Virus record (IMG/VR): IMGVR_UViG_2740891882_000003
Span: 1 to 64,000 of that record
Source: a virus
Taxonomy: Duplodnaviria; Caudoviricetes
Strand: one strand, 5' to 3'
Length of the DNA: 64,000 nt
This document shows, piece after piece, positions 1 through 7,136 of this stretch (its first letter is position 1; each line of letters starts with the position of its first letter). Under the pieces are notes generated by a model, which saw nothing but the letters and a program-made list of their open reading frames with translations, had not been told where the DNA came from and searched no databases. A program made the position numbers and the translations under genes.

Positions 1-525
1 TCACATGGACCGCCGTATGGACTGCAGGTCCATACGCCAGTCGTTCGACGTGATCGGGTGCCCCTTCGGGTACTCGATGTCGACGGGCCCGAGCAGGGTG
101 AATCCGGCCCGTCGGCAGACGGAGTTCGACGGGCCGTTGCCCTTCTTCGGAAAGGCGTGCAGATACCGGTGCTCACCGGCGTCCCGCGCGGCCTCCGCAA
201 CGGCCCGTGCCGCCCCCACGGCCAGCCCTCGCCCCTGGAACCCGGGAAGCACACCCCACCCCGTCTCCCACACCGTGCCGCCCCGCCACTCCCGGCCCCA
301 GAACCCGACCGAGCCCACGCTCCGTCCACTGCCCGCCAGCACGACCCGGTACATCTGGCCGGGCCCCGCCTCCAGGTACCGACGATGCCGGTCGGCAAGC
401 TTCTCCTCGCTCTCGGGCCCGCCCAAGTGCGCGGTCATCTCAGGGCTGTTGGCCCGCTGCAGCAGCCAGAAGTCACCCTCACCCCAGGGCTCCAGCCGCA
501 CCTTCTCCACGTCCGCGAAGTCCAT
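1..525 (-). CDS. GNAT family (RimJ/RimL-like) N-acetyltransferase, host gene
   Basis: ETGWGVLPGFQGRGLA acetyl-CoA motif and N..SNSVCRRAGF; ATG at 525 lies 7 nt after a TATGGT -10. Confidence 0.85.
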   Translation of the reverse strand: MDFADVEKVRLEPWGEGDFWLLQRANSPEMTAHLGGPESEEKLADRHRRYLEAGPGQMYRVVLAGSGRSVGSVGFWGREWRGGTVWETGWGVLPGFQGRGLAVGAARAVAEAARDAGEHRYLHAFPKKGNGPSNSVCRRAGFTLLGPVDIEYPKGHPITSNDWRMDLQSIRRSM

Positions 526-532
526 GCCGCCC

Positions 533-554
533 ACCATAGGAGCCGGGTCTGACA
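533..554 (-). promoter_or_regulatory. PafBC/RecA-NDp-type promoter for GNAT gene (leaderless)
   Basis: Minus strand TGTCAG-ACCCGGCTCC-TATGGT matches TGTCRG-N10-TANNNT. Confidence 0.6.
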
Positions 555-650
555 ACGCCCCGGCTCCGCCGGGGCGGCGGTCGCCACCCGTCCGCATGAA
601 CCCCCAGAAGGAACTCGCATCCCAAATTCGAACAGGCGTAGCATTGGGCC

Positions 651-977
651 GTGGCTACGACCTACGACTTTCCGAGTGACCTCCTCGCCGGCCAGGAGGA
701 GCTGCATCAGGTCCGTTCGGAGCTGTCGGCCCTGCTCAAGCGGCTGCCCTGGTCGGTCGAGCCCCTGGACGGCTTCAGCGACACGGGCGGCTGGCGCAAG
801 GTGGAGCGCCCCGCCTCCCCCGGCTGGACGGCCGACGAACAGGCCGAGGTGGAGAAGCTCCGCCGACGCGAACACGAACTCGCCGTGTTCATCAGCACCC
901 ACCGCTTCTGGGCGGAGGTCGCGACCGGAGAACGAGTGGACGCCCGCACCAGGCTGAAGCACGCACACGAGGCATGA
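651..977 (+). CDS. conserved hypothetical protein, host gene
   Basis: Typical high-GC codon pattern; GTG 6 nt after TAGCAT -10; ends before a terminator. Confidence 0.75.
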   Translation: MATTYDFPSDLLAGQEELHQVRSELSALLKRLPWSVEPLDGFSDTGGWRKVERPASPGWTADEQAEVEKLRRREHELAVFISTHRFWAEVATGERVDARTRLKHAHEA

Positions 978-989
978 ACGACAGGACGC

Positions 990-1025
990 AAGAAGACCCC
1001 GGCCATGATCGGCCGGGGTCTTCTT
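990..1025. terminator. bidirectional intrinsic terminator downstream of tRNA remnant
   Basis: AAGAAGACCCCGGCC / GGCCGGGGTCTTCTT perfect 15-bp stem. Confidence 0.85.
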
Positions 1026-1030
1026 CCCGT

Positions 1031-1073
1031 GTGGGCGCGGACGGTTTCGAACCGCCGACATCCTGCTTGTAAG
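1031..1073 (-). repeat. att junction: 3' half of tRNA-Val(TAC)
   Basis: Minus strand CTTACAAGCAGGATGTCGGCGGTTCGAAACCGTCCGCGCCCAC has anticodon loop, T arm and 3' acceptor strand; no 5' acceptor strand or D arm upstream. Confidence 0.85.
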
Positions 1074-1293
1074 AGCGGATGTCTCCAGCTAGCAACATCA
1101 TCCGGCGGCGCGTTCAACAGCGGCAATGCTGCATAAAGCGCAGTTCAGGCGCCACTCCGCACCCGTCATTCAAGGTTGGAGCCCGTCAGTGCAACGCCTA
1201 TGTCACGGCACTGCACGACGGTGCTACGGGGGCTCGTCTCCTAAAAATCCCCTAAATGATCAAGCCGTTGTTGCACGTCAGGGATGGGAAGGC

Positions 1294-1330
1294 GGCCCCT
1301 CGCCCCCGCACCGGCGGAGCGCGAGGGGCC
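1294..1330. terminator. GC-rich hairpin, probable terminator
   Basis: GGCCCCTCGC...GCGAGGGGCC inverted repeat. Confidence 0.55.
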
Positions 1331-1456
1331 TCCCGTGTGCCGGATCCCGTCATCGAGGGGGGGCTCCTTTGATGACGGACCCGGCACGTTCTGGATGCTT
1401 CGACCTTCCGTATTGCCTAACGGGCGCAGATCCAAGCAGTAGTTCACTCTTTCGGG

Positions 1457-1470
1457 CGAACACTTGTTCG
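1457..1470. promoter_or_regulatory. LexA SOS box
   Basis: CGAAC-ACTT-GTTCG matches the core of the actinobacterial TCGAAC-N4-GTTCGA box; intergenic. Confidence 0.7.
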
Positions 1471-1670
1471 GTTACGGACACTACCTGCCGCCCTGCGGCA
1501 TATGCCAGTCCGCAGGGCTGCCAGTGGGGGGTGGCAGTGCTGGTGCTACGCGGAGCCGGTGTAGGGCTCCCGCATGTTCTACGGCGGCGGGCGGCTCGTC
1601 CGTCGCCGGGATTTCAAGAGCGACAGTTTAGGTACTGACGCAAGATCGCTAGACGCTAACGCTTCGTCGG

Positions 1671-1913
1671 GTGCCAGCTCGCCGCAACAGCCGCCCTGAC
1701 TGGGTCCGCATCCGCCAGATCGCCCTCGGCCGGCGAATCGCCGACCTTCGCCGGGCCGCCGACCTCTCACAGGAGGAGCTCGGCAACCTTATGGGTGTCG
1801 AGCGGAGGACCATCCAGCGCTACGAGAACGCTGTGACTGATCCGCGCTACGCGGATCTTCTGCTCCTCGCTCGGGCGTTGCGTGTCCCGCTCGGTGATCT
1901 CATTGGCGGATGA
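1671..1913 (+). CDS. XRE family HTH regulator
   Basis: LRRAADLSQEELGNLMGVERRTIQRYE...LARALRV. Confidence 0.9.
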   Translation: MPARRNSRPDWVRIRQIALGRRIADLRRAADLSQEELGNLMGVERRTIQRYENAVTDPRYADLLLLARALRVPLGDLIGG

Positions 1914-2113
1914 GTTGCGGTGCGCGGCTCTGTTCCGAACCACGCGGCTTGATTTAGATTCAACGACAGGTACTCGTCTCAGTGACGGCGCTTTCTGCAT
2001 ATATCTGCGTGGACCTCGTGTGCCCGCTGTGAAGTTGTCGCCGCACGTCACCCCATGGCCAAACGTTCCACCCGGTAACCCGTCCCGCCGCACCGTCCAC
2101 GACGAGGCGGGCG

Positions 2114-2293
2114 CTATTTGGTCCGCGGACAGCGGCAGGCACAGCGCTGCAGGGGCACCGGTGCACCGCCGGCCACCGGGGACGGCAGGTCGACGTTGCC
2201 GTCGCAGTAGACGTGCTCGCCGAGCCGGCAGGGCCCGCACACGTCGCCCTGCTGCGGAAGCCCCACGCCCCTGGGGTGGATCGGCGCGGTCAC
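2114..2293 (-). CDS. small Cys-rich hypothetical protein
   Basis: GTG overlaps upstream stop (GTGA); CGPC..H..C and CACRC. Confidence 0.5.
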   Translation of the reverse strand: MTAPIHPRGVGLPQQGDVCGPCRLGEHVYCDGNVDLPSPVAGGAPVPLQRCACRCPRTK

Positions 2294-2481
2294 AGGACGC
2301 CTCGCAGGCCGTGCGTGGACTCGGCGGGGCACACGTACACGCCGCCCAGCCCTGCGCCTGACGGGGAGAGCCGCTCCCCTATTCGCAGGGGTTGGTGGTC
2401 GGGGCTGCCACAGGGGCACGGTTCTGGCTCGCCGGCGCCGTGATCTGGCTCGTGTGGGGGCGGGTCTCTACGATCGTCCAT
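2290..2481 (-). CDS. small hypothetical protein
   Basis: MDDRRDPPP..., CPC and YVCP; coupled to downstream ORF. Confidence 0.5.
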   Translation of the reverse strand: MDDRRDPPPHEPDHGAGEPEPCPCGSPDHQPLRIGERLSPSGAGLGGVYVCPAESTHGLRGVL

Positions 2482-2556
2482 GGCGGCGCTCCAGCGGTGT
2501 CGTCCACGCCCCCGGGCCGCCGACAACGGCCGCGGGGGTCCTGTTCTGTGCAGGTC

Positions 2557-2602
2557 TACTGCGGTCTACCGCACTTTACTGCGGTCGCGCACCATACTGC
2601 GG
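2557..2602. promoter_or_regulatory. three TACTGCGG direct repeats, probable GntR operator
   Basis: Copies at 2557, 2577 and 2595 in the divergent promoter region. Confidence 0.55.
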
Positions 2603-2620
2603 GTATCTAGCGTCAACCAT

Positions 2621-2866
2621 GTGAGCGTTGATCTTGACCGGACTCGGCCGGTATGGCGGCAGATCGCCGCGATCGTGCAGGCCCGCATCACGGACGGCAT
2701 CTATCCGGCCGGAGCGAAGGTTCCCTCGGTCGTGGACCTGTCGACCGAGTTCGGCGTGGCGGCCTCCACGGCACAGAAGGTGCTGGCGCATTTGAAGGCG
2801 GAAGGCTGGGTACGGGCCGAGGTCGGACTCGGCACGTTCGTCAGCGACAATCCGCCCGCCGACTAA
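2621..2866 (+). CDS. GntR family winged-helix regulator (HTH only)
   Basis: PVWRQIA...GIYPAGAKVPSVVDLSTEFGVA...GLGTFV. Confidence 0.88.
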   Translation: MSVDLDRTRPVWRQIAAIVQARITDGIYPAGAKVPSVVDLSTEFGVAASTAQKVLAHLKAEGWVRAEVGLGTFVSDNPPAD

Positions 2867-2872
2867 ACGCTC

Positions 2873-2894
2873 TGACAGACCCCGCCGGTAAGAT
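2873..2894 (+). promoter_or_regulatory. PafBC-like promoter (one mismatch)
   Basis: TGACAG-N10-TAAGAT, 7 nt before ATG at 2902. Confidence 0.45.
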
Positions 2895-2901
2895 CAGAGC
2901 C

Positions 2902-3093
2902 ATGCCCCCCACGCCCCCGCCTCAGGGCCGCGCGCGCCCGTCCGCCGTGGTGAACGCGGCGATCCGGGCGCTGCTGCTGCGCACCGGCGGCTGGCTGTAC
3001 GGCGACACGCGGCGCGAGTACGAGCAGCTGCGGGACGAGTGGACGGTGGCTGTCGCGGCCGAACGGCGGGTCGAAGTCGTCGAAGCGGCGTGA
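2902..3093 (+). CDS. hypothetical protein
   Basis: Leaderless ATG; helical product AVVNAAIRALL...REYEQLRDEW. Confidence 0.7.
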   Translation: MPPTPPPQGRARPSAVVNAAIRALLLRTGGWLYGDTRREYEQLRDEWTVAVAAERRVEVVEAA

Positions 3094-3197
3094 ACTACTA
3101 GTGAGCTACTAGCTGATCCCAGATTGGTAGATCACTCGCAGCCTCCTGACGACCTCCTAACCGAGGAGGTCTCGCGCGGCCCGCATAGGATCCCCGA

Positions 3198-3422
3198 GTG
3201 CCACACACTTTCGAAGATCTCGTGACCCTGGAGCGGACAGCGGTCGACGCCCTCGCCGCCATCACCACCGCCGACGACCCCGACACGGCGCGGGCTGCGG
3301 CCGTCGACGCTGCCGCTGCCTTCCAGGCCGCCGTCACCCAGTACGCGGCAGATGAGGGCGAGTCGCGGGTCGAGGTCGAGATGCGGGCCAAGCGGGCCGT
3401 GCGGCACGGGGCGGATGGCTAG
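3198..3422 (+). CDS. hypothetical protein
   Basis: Leaderless GTG after TAGGAT; Ala-rich helical product. Confidence 0.7.
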   Translation: MPHTFEDLVTLERTAVDALAAITTADDPDTARAAAVDAAAAFQAAVTQYAADEGESRVEVEMRAKRAVRHGADG

Positions 3423-3760
3423 TCCTCCAGCCAGGCCGGGTCGAAGTCCGGGTGGTCGCGGTAGACGCGGGCCCACGCGCGGAAGAAGGCGGCCGACGCA
3501 TGTTCGCCGCCCCCAGTCCCCCACTCCTCGTCGATCTTGTCCTCGAAGTCGTTCATCGTGGGGATGATGCTGTCGAGGAGCATCCGCTTCACTTCGACCT
3601 CGACGAGGATGCGGGCCGGGACGCCGCAGGTGCAGGCGAACGTCGGATAGTCGCCGTCCGGCAAGGACTCGCAGTCCTTGTGATGCCACTGGGCGAATGG
3701 GTCCCGCTGGCGTGCGGCATCTTCGTCGAGCCGCGCGCGCAGGAAGTCGACGAGCTCCAC
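3419..3760 (-). CDS. DUF6221-like phage protein
   Basis: LVDFLRARLDED, PARILVEVEVKR and YRDHPDFDPAW motifs; GGAGG RBS. Confidence 0.75.
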   Translation of the reverse strand: MELVDFLRARLDEDAARQRDPFAQWHHKDCESLPDGDYPTFACTCGVPARILVEVEVKRMLLDSIIPTMNDFEDKIDEEWGTGGGEHASAAFFRAWARVYRDHPDFDPAWLED

Positions 3761-3852
3761 CGGTCCTCCAGGGAGTGAGCCCCGCCCGGACGGCGCTGTC
3801 CATCAGGACGGGGCGGCGCGTGCAGCCATGCAACGCGGATGTGATGCGGCCA

Positions 3853-3874
3853 ATGCTACGGGGCGTCGCCGACA
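3853..3874 (-). promoter_or_regulatory. PafBC-type promoter
   Basis: Minus strand TGTCGG-CGACGCCCCG-TAGCAT, exact TGTCRG-N10-TANNNT. Confidence 0.6.
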
Positions 3875-3883
3875 ACGCCGGGC

Positions 3884-4408
3884 TCAGCGGTACCCGTCCA
3901 CCGGCAGCACCTCCCCCGCAACGCCACCCTCTGGCTGATCGACGAACACCAGCTGCGTCGCCCCGCCATGACCGTGCACCGCCTCAGCATCCTCGAAGCC
4001 GCCGTCCCAAAACACGATCGACCGCCGCTCGGTAGCCCAGCGCACCGACGCAGTCCCGTCCGGCCACATCACCCCATGCGCCACCACACCCGTCCCCGAT
4101 GCCCCCGTCACGTCGACGTGGCGCCGCAGGAAGAAACGGCGAGGCAGGTCGTCGGGATGCTCCACAGGCTTCACCAGCTCCGGCAGCGGCCCATCCAGCA
4201 GACCCGCCAGCTCAACACCGAGCACCTGGGATGCAGCGATCAGGGTGTGCAGCATAGGACGCTGCCGTCCGGCTTCCACGTTGGAGATCGAGCTGCGATT
4301 CAAGCCGAGGCGGGCACCGAACTCCGTCTGGTTGAGTCCTCGCGCCTCGCGGGCGGCGCGCATTCGGGCGCCGATACTGGCGTACAGGTCGTCCACAGAG
4401 TCGTCCAT
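3884..4408 (-). CDS. XRE HTH fused to a small beta-rich phage domain
   Basis: RGLNQTEFGARLGLNRSSISNVEAGRQ followed by DVTGASGTGVVAHGV...HGHGGAT. Confidence 0.8.
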   Translation of the reverse strand: MDDSVDDLYASIGARMRAAREARGLNQTEFGARLGLNRSSISNVEAGRQRPMLHTLIAASQVLGVELAGLLDGPLPELVKPVEHPDDLPRRFFLRRHVDVTGASGTGVVAHGVMWPDGTASVRWATERRSIVFWDGGFEDAEAVHGHGGATQLVFVDQPEGGVAGEVLPVDGYR

Positions 4409-4594
4409 GCCGCCAGGATCGCAGACGGTCACGTCAGCCGAATCCCCCGCGGCCGGCCGGGTTCACGGGGCAAGCCGGCGGGCAGCAGAAGACCCCTGCC
4501 GACGGGGGATGACAGCAGGGGCCGTAGGTCAGTGTTGCACGGGGGAGGAAAGCGCCGGGGGAACGTCTCGACGAAATAGCCCTACCGTCCAAGC

Positions 4595-4801
4595 ATGAGC
4601 ACTCCAAAGACCATCTACAGCCAGTCCGAAGCCCGCCACCTACGCGACCAGCCCTGCGTGCACTGCGGCAAGATGAGCCGCGTTGACCGCCGTGTTCAGG
4701 ACGACGCGAGCGGCAGTCTCGACCCCGAAGTGTCCGTCCTCTGGTACTGCCCAGACGTCCTCTGTAACGGGCATGACGGCTTCTCGATCGAGAACCAGTA
4801 G
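4595..4801 (+). CDS. small Zn-finger-like protein
   Basis: CVHC and CPDVLC; leaderless after TACCGT. Confidence 0.6.
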   Translation: MSTPKTIYSQSEARHLRDQPCVHCGKMSRVDRRVQDDASGSLDPEVSVLWYCPDVLCNGHDGFSIENQ

Positions 4802-4806
4802 CGGGC

Positions 4807-4840
4807 GCGGCACCCCTGGTTCCCCCGCCAGGGGTGCCGC
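4807..4840. terminator. bidirectional terminator
   Basis: GCGGCACCCCTGG / CCAGGGGTGCCGC between converging genes. Confidence 0.75.
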
Positions 4841-4844
4841 TCCT

Positions 4845-6122
4845 TCATAGCCCGATGTCCTCGCTGGCGGCGTCGGTCCACTTGTCGGCTTCGCGGATGT
4901 AGCCCCAGAAGGCGGGGCTGTTCTCGGCATGCCCGGACTGTTCCCGGATCTTCTCCTCTCGCTTCCCGGCCCGGCGGCTGGTGGTGATGAACCCGGCCCG
5001 CATCGAATGCCCGGTCAACCGCACAGAGAGCCCGGCGCGTTCGGCGTTGCGGGCGATGATCTCGCGAACGGCTTCCGCGGAGAGGGCGCGGTCGCCGAGG
5101 CGGCCGTGGACGGTGATGGGCAGGAAGGCGGGCCCGCTGGTGATGCCTGCGGCGGCGCGCCAGGTGAGCCAGGCGCGGACGGGGCAGGTGTCGGGGTTCT
5201 TGCCGTAGTGGACGACGACGTCCCGGGGCGGTCGGCCCTTCACGGCGGGTACGTGAACCTCCAGTCCCTGGCTGACGTGGACGATCGCCTCGGCGCGGAG
5301 GGCGGCGACTTCGGCGGAGCGTCCGGCGATGGAGAAGGCGGTGAGCCAGAGGGCGCGGTCGCGGAGGCCGGTGAGTCCGTCGGCGACGGCGGCGTTCATC
5401 TGGCGGAGTTGTTCGGGAGTGACGGCTGCGGCTTTGCCCCTGCCGCGCGCAATGCGCTCGGGGTCGTTCTTCAGCGGCTTGAGTGCCTGCCGGGCGGCCA
5501 CGGTGGCGACCTTCGGCACCTCGATGCCGTGCTCCTGCCGTGCAGTGACGGTGACCCCGGTGATGCGGCGGTCAATGCTGTTGGGTGCGGCGAGTTTGAT
5601 GGTGTCGAGCCAGACGACGAACCCGACGAGCGTCCCCTTGGTGACGTTGGTCGAGGCGATGCGGTGCCCGGTGCGCTCCCCGAGCCAGTCGTGGAACTCC
5701 TCCCACAGCGCCCAGTCGTTGGCGTAGCCGCGCTTCGTGTTGTGGGGGCGGATGGCGTCGAGGTGCTTCTCGGCTGCCTCTTCCATGGCGGCCAGGACGG
5801 CGAGCGTCGCAGCGTCGTAGACGGCGGGGGTGGCATCCGGCTGACGCGGTACGACGGCAGCGAAGTGGTCCTCGTACTCCGTTCGTCGGGCCTCGCACTG
5901 GTCGCACGTGACAGGGGTCCCCTCGGATAGCGGGCCCTGCCTTGTCGACCAACCGCAGATCGCGGGGCCAGTCGCCCAGGCTTCGAACTGCGGCAGCCAC
6001 TCGTACACGGCAAGGTGTACGAGGTCGGGTTCGTCGGGGAGTTGGAGGCGGGCGACGGGGCGGAGGTAGCGGCGGGAGCGGTCGAGGCCCTGCTCGTCTC
6101 CGAGGTGCACGTCGACGGTCAC
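4845..6122 (-). CDS. tyrosine recombinase (Cre/Xer-like) with N-terminal extension
   Basis: LRDRAL..GRSAEV (Arg), GHSMR (HxxR), QSGH, GYIR (Tyr); N-terminal NTKRGYANDW. Confidence 0.9.
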   Translation of the reverse strand: MTVDVHLGDEQGLDRSRRYLRPVARLQLPDEPDLVHLAVYEWLPQFEAWATGPAICGWSTRQGPLSEGTPVTCDQCEARRTEYEDHFAAVVPRQPDATPAVYDAATLAVLAAMEEAAEKHLDAIRPHNTKRGYANDWALWEEFHDWLGERTGHRIASTNVTKGTLVGFVVWLDTIKLAAPNSIDRRITGVTVTARQEHGIEVPKVATVAARQALKPLKNDPERIARGRGKAAAVTPEQLRQMNAAVADGLTGLRDRALWLTAFSIAGRSAEVAALRAEAIVHVSQGLEVHVPAVKGRPPRDVVVHYGKNPDTCPVRAWLTWRAAAGITSGPAFLPITVHGRLGDRALSAEAVREIIARNAERAGLSVRLTGHSMRAGFITTSRRAGKREEKIREQSGHAENSPAFWGYIREADKWTDAASEDIGL

Positions 6123-6124
6123 GC

Positions 6125-6511
6125 TCAGCCCGCCTTCCGTCGGTCCTCAAGGCGGGTGACCCCGTGGGCAAGGTGTTCCGCCCGGTCGGCCGCCGCCAGG
6201 AGTGCCATGGCGAGACGCCGCGCGTCGGACACGTACATCGGCACGAAGTCCTCGCCGGGGAACATCGACTCCGGGGTGGACACGTGGATCAAGCCGTCCG
6301 CCGTGTCTTGCTCGTCTATCGCGCGGACGATCCACACGTACTCGCGGCTGCCATAGGGATGCGGCTGCTCTCGCAGATCCCACTCGTGGCCGGGCATGGA
6401 TTCGTCGGGTCCGTTGATGCGGGTCGGCTTGGGGCGCTCGGCGCTGCCAGCCATGGCCGTGAGGCGTAGAAGTTCGCGGCGGATCTCTCCGAGTGTCAGG
6501 TCGTCAGCCAT
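6125..6511 (-). CDS. hypothetical protein, first gene of recombinase operon
   Basis: ATG 5 nt after TACAAT -10; ends 2 nt before the recombinase start. Confidence 0.7.
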   Translation of the reverse strand: MADDLTLGEIRRELLRLTAMAGSAERPKPTRINGPDESMPGHEWDLREQPHPYGSREYVWIVRAIDEQDTADGLIHVSTPESMFPGEDFVPMYVSDARRLAMALLAAADRAEHLAHGVTRLEDRRKAG

Positions 6512-6530
6512 AGCTAATTGTACCGTTTTT

Positions 6531-6562
6531 TCGCCCGCGATATGGCATGTTATCGAGAGCGC
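6531..6562. promoter_or_regulatory. lox/dif-like recombination site candidate
   Basis: TCGCCCGCGATA-TGGCATGT-TATCGAGAGCGC: 12-bp arms (9/12 inverted match), asymmetric 8-bp spacer. Confidence 0.55.
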
Positions 6563-6585
6563 ACGGCGACGCAGCACACAGCAAT

Positions 6586-6625
6586 CCGCCCCCGCCCGCT
6601 GCCGGTTGGCAGCAGACGAGGGCGG
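6586..6625 (-). terminator. hairpin ending the lysis/appendage operon
   Basis: CCGCCC...GCTGCC-GGTT-GGCAGC...GGGCGG imperfect stem. Confidence 0.5.
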
Positions 6626-6637
6626 TCGCGTGTCGGC

Positions 6638-6694
6638 TTACAGGCCGAGGCAGGCGCTGAGGCTGACGTACAGGTCGAGAACGACGGACAGCAT
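6638..6694 (-). CDS. 18-aa hydrophobic micropeptide MLSVVLDLYVSLSACLGL
   Basis: AAGGAGGTGA RBS directly upstream; too short for the ORF track. Confidence 0.55.
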   Translation of the reverse strand: MLSVVLDLYVSLSACLGL

Positions 6695-6730
6695 GGGCTC
6701 ACCTCCTTCCGGCGAGGCGGCTGGTGGGGG

Positions 6731-6838
6731 TCAGTCGGGCTCGTCGGCAGGCGGAGGCATGGGCGGGGGTTCGAGGAACGGGTGCGGCGACAGCCAGAAC
6801 GGCTGCTCCTCTTCGCGGGCGGCAGGCGCTTCAGGCAT
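6731..6838 (-). CDS. 35-aa Pro/Glu-rich peptide
   Basis: AAGGGGAG RBS; MPEAPAAREEEQPFWLSPHPFLEPPP... Confidence 0.55.
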   Translation of the reverse strand: MPEAPAAREEEQPFWLSPHPFLEPPPMPPPADEPD

Positions 6839-6852
6839 GCGGGCTCCCCTTC

Positions 6853-7131
6853 TCACTGGTCGCTGATCGTCAGGTAGATCGACCGTTCGTCGATCAGGCC
6901 GCCGACCGTGGTGATCTGGCAGACCATCCTGTAGGCGCCGTCGACGGTGCCGCCCGATACCCGCTGGGTGACGGCGGTGGTGCCAACGGTGGGCGCTCCT
7001 ACAGCTGTGAGCCCGGCAGGCACCGTGACCGTCGCGGAGCTGATGGTGTCGGTGACCTCGGCGAGCCAGTCGGCCCAGTCCCAGGTGTAATCCAGCAGCG
7101 AGGCCGGGTCTTTGACGTAGTTGTTGGGCAC
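6853..7131 (-). CDS. phage fibre adaptor-like virion protein
   Basis: KDPASLLDYTWDW..WL...TISSAT...GGTVDGAY..VCQITT. Confidence 0.75.
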   Translation of the reverse strand: MPNNYVKDPASLLDYTWDWADWLAEVTDTISSATVTVPAGLTAVGAPTVGTTAVTQRVSGGTVDGAYRMVCQITTVGGLIDERSIYLTISDQ

Positions 7132-7136
7132 GCGGC

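Noticed and set aside
628-643. LexA box TCGAACAGGCGTAGCA upstream of the host gene at 651
   Set aside because: Left half is perfect but the right half has three mismatches and doubles as the -10; too weak to call.
1031-1110. Intact tRNA-Val gene
   Set aside because: No 5' GGGCGCG acceptor strand or D arm upstream of the anticodon loop; treated as an att remnant.
4845-6122. Recombinase as the prophage integrase
   Set aside because: Not adjacent to att, and it looks Cre/Xer-like with its own candidate site; the integrase is more likely outside the window, though this is not excluded.
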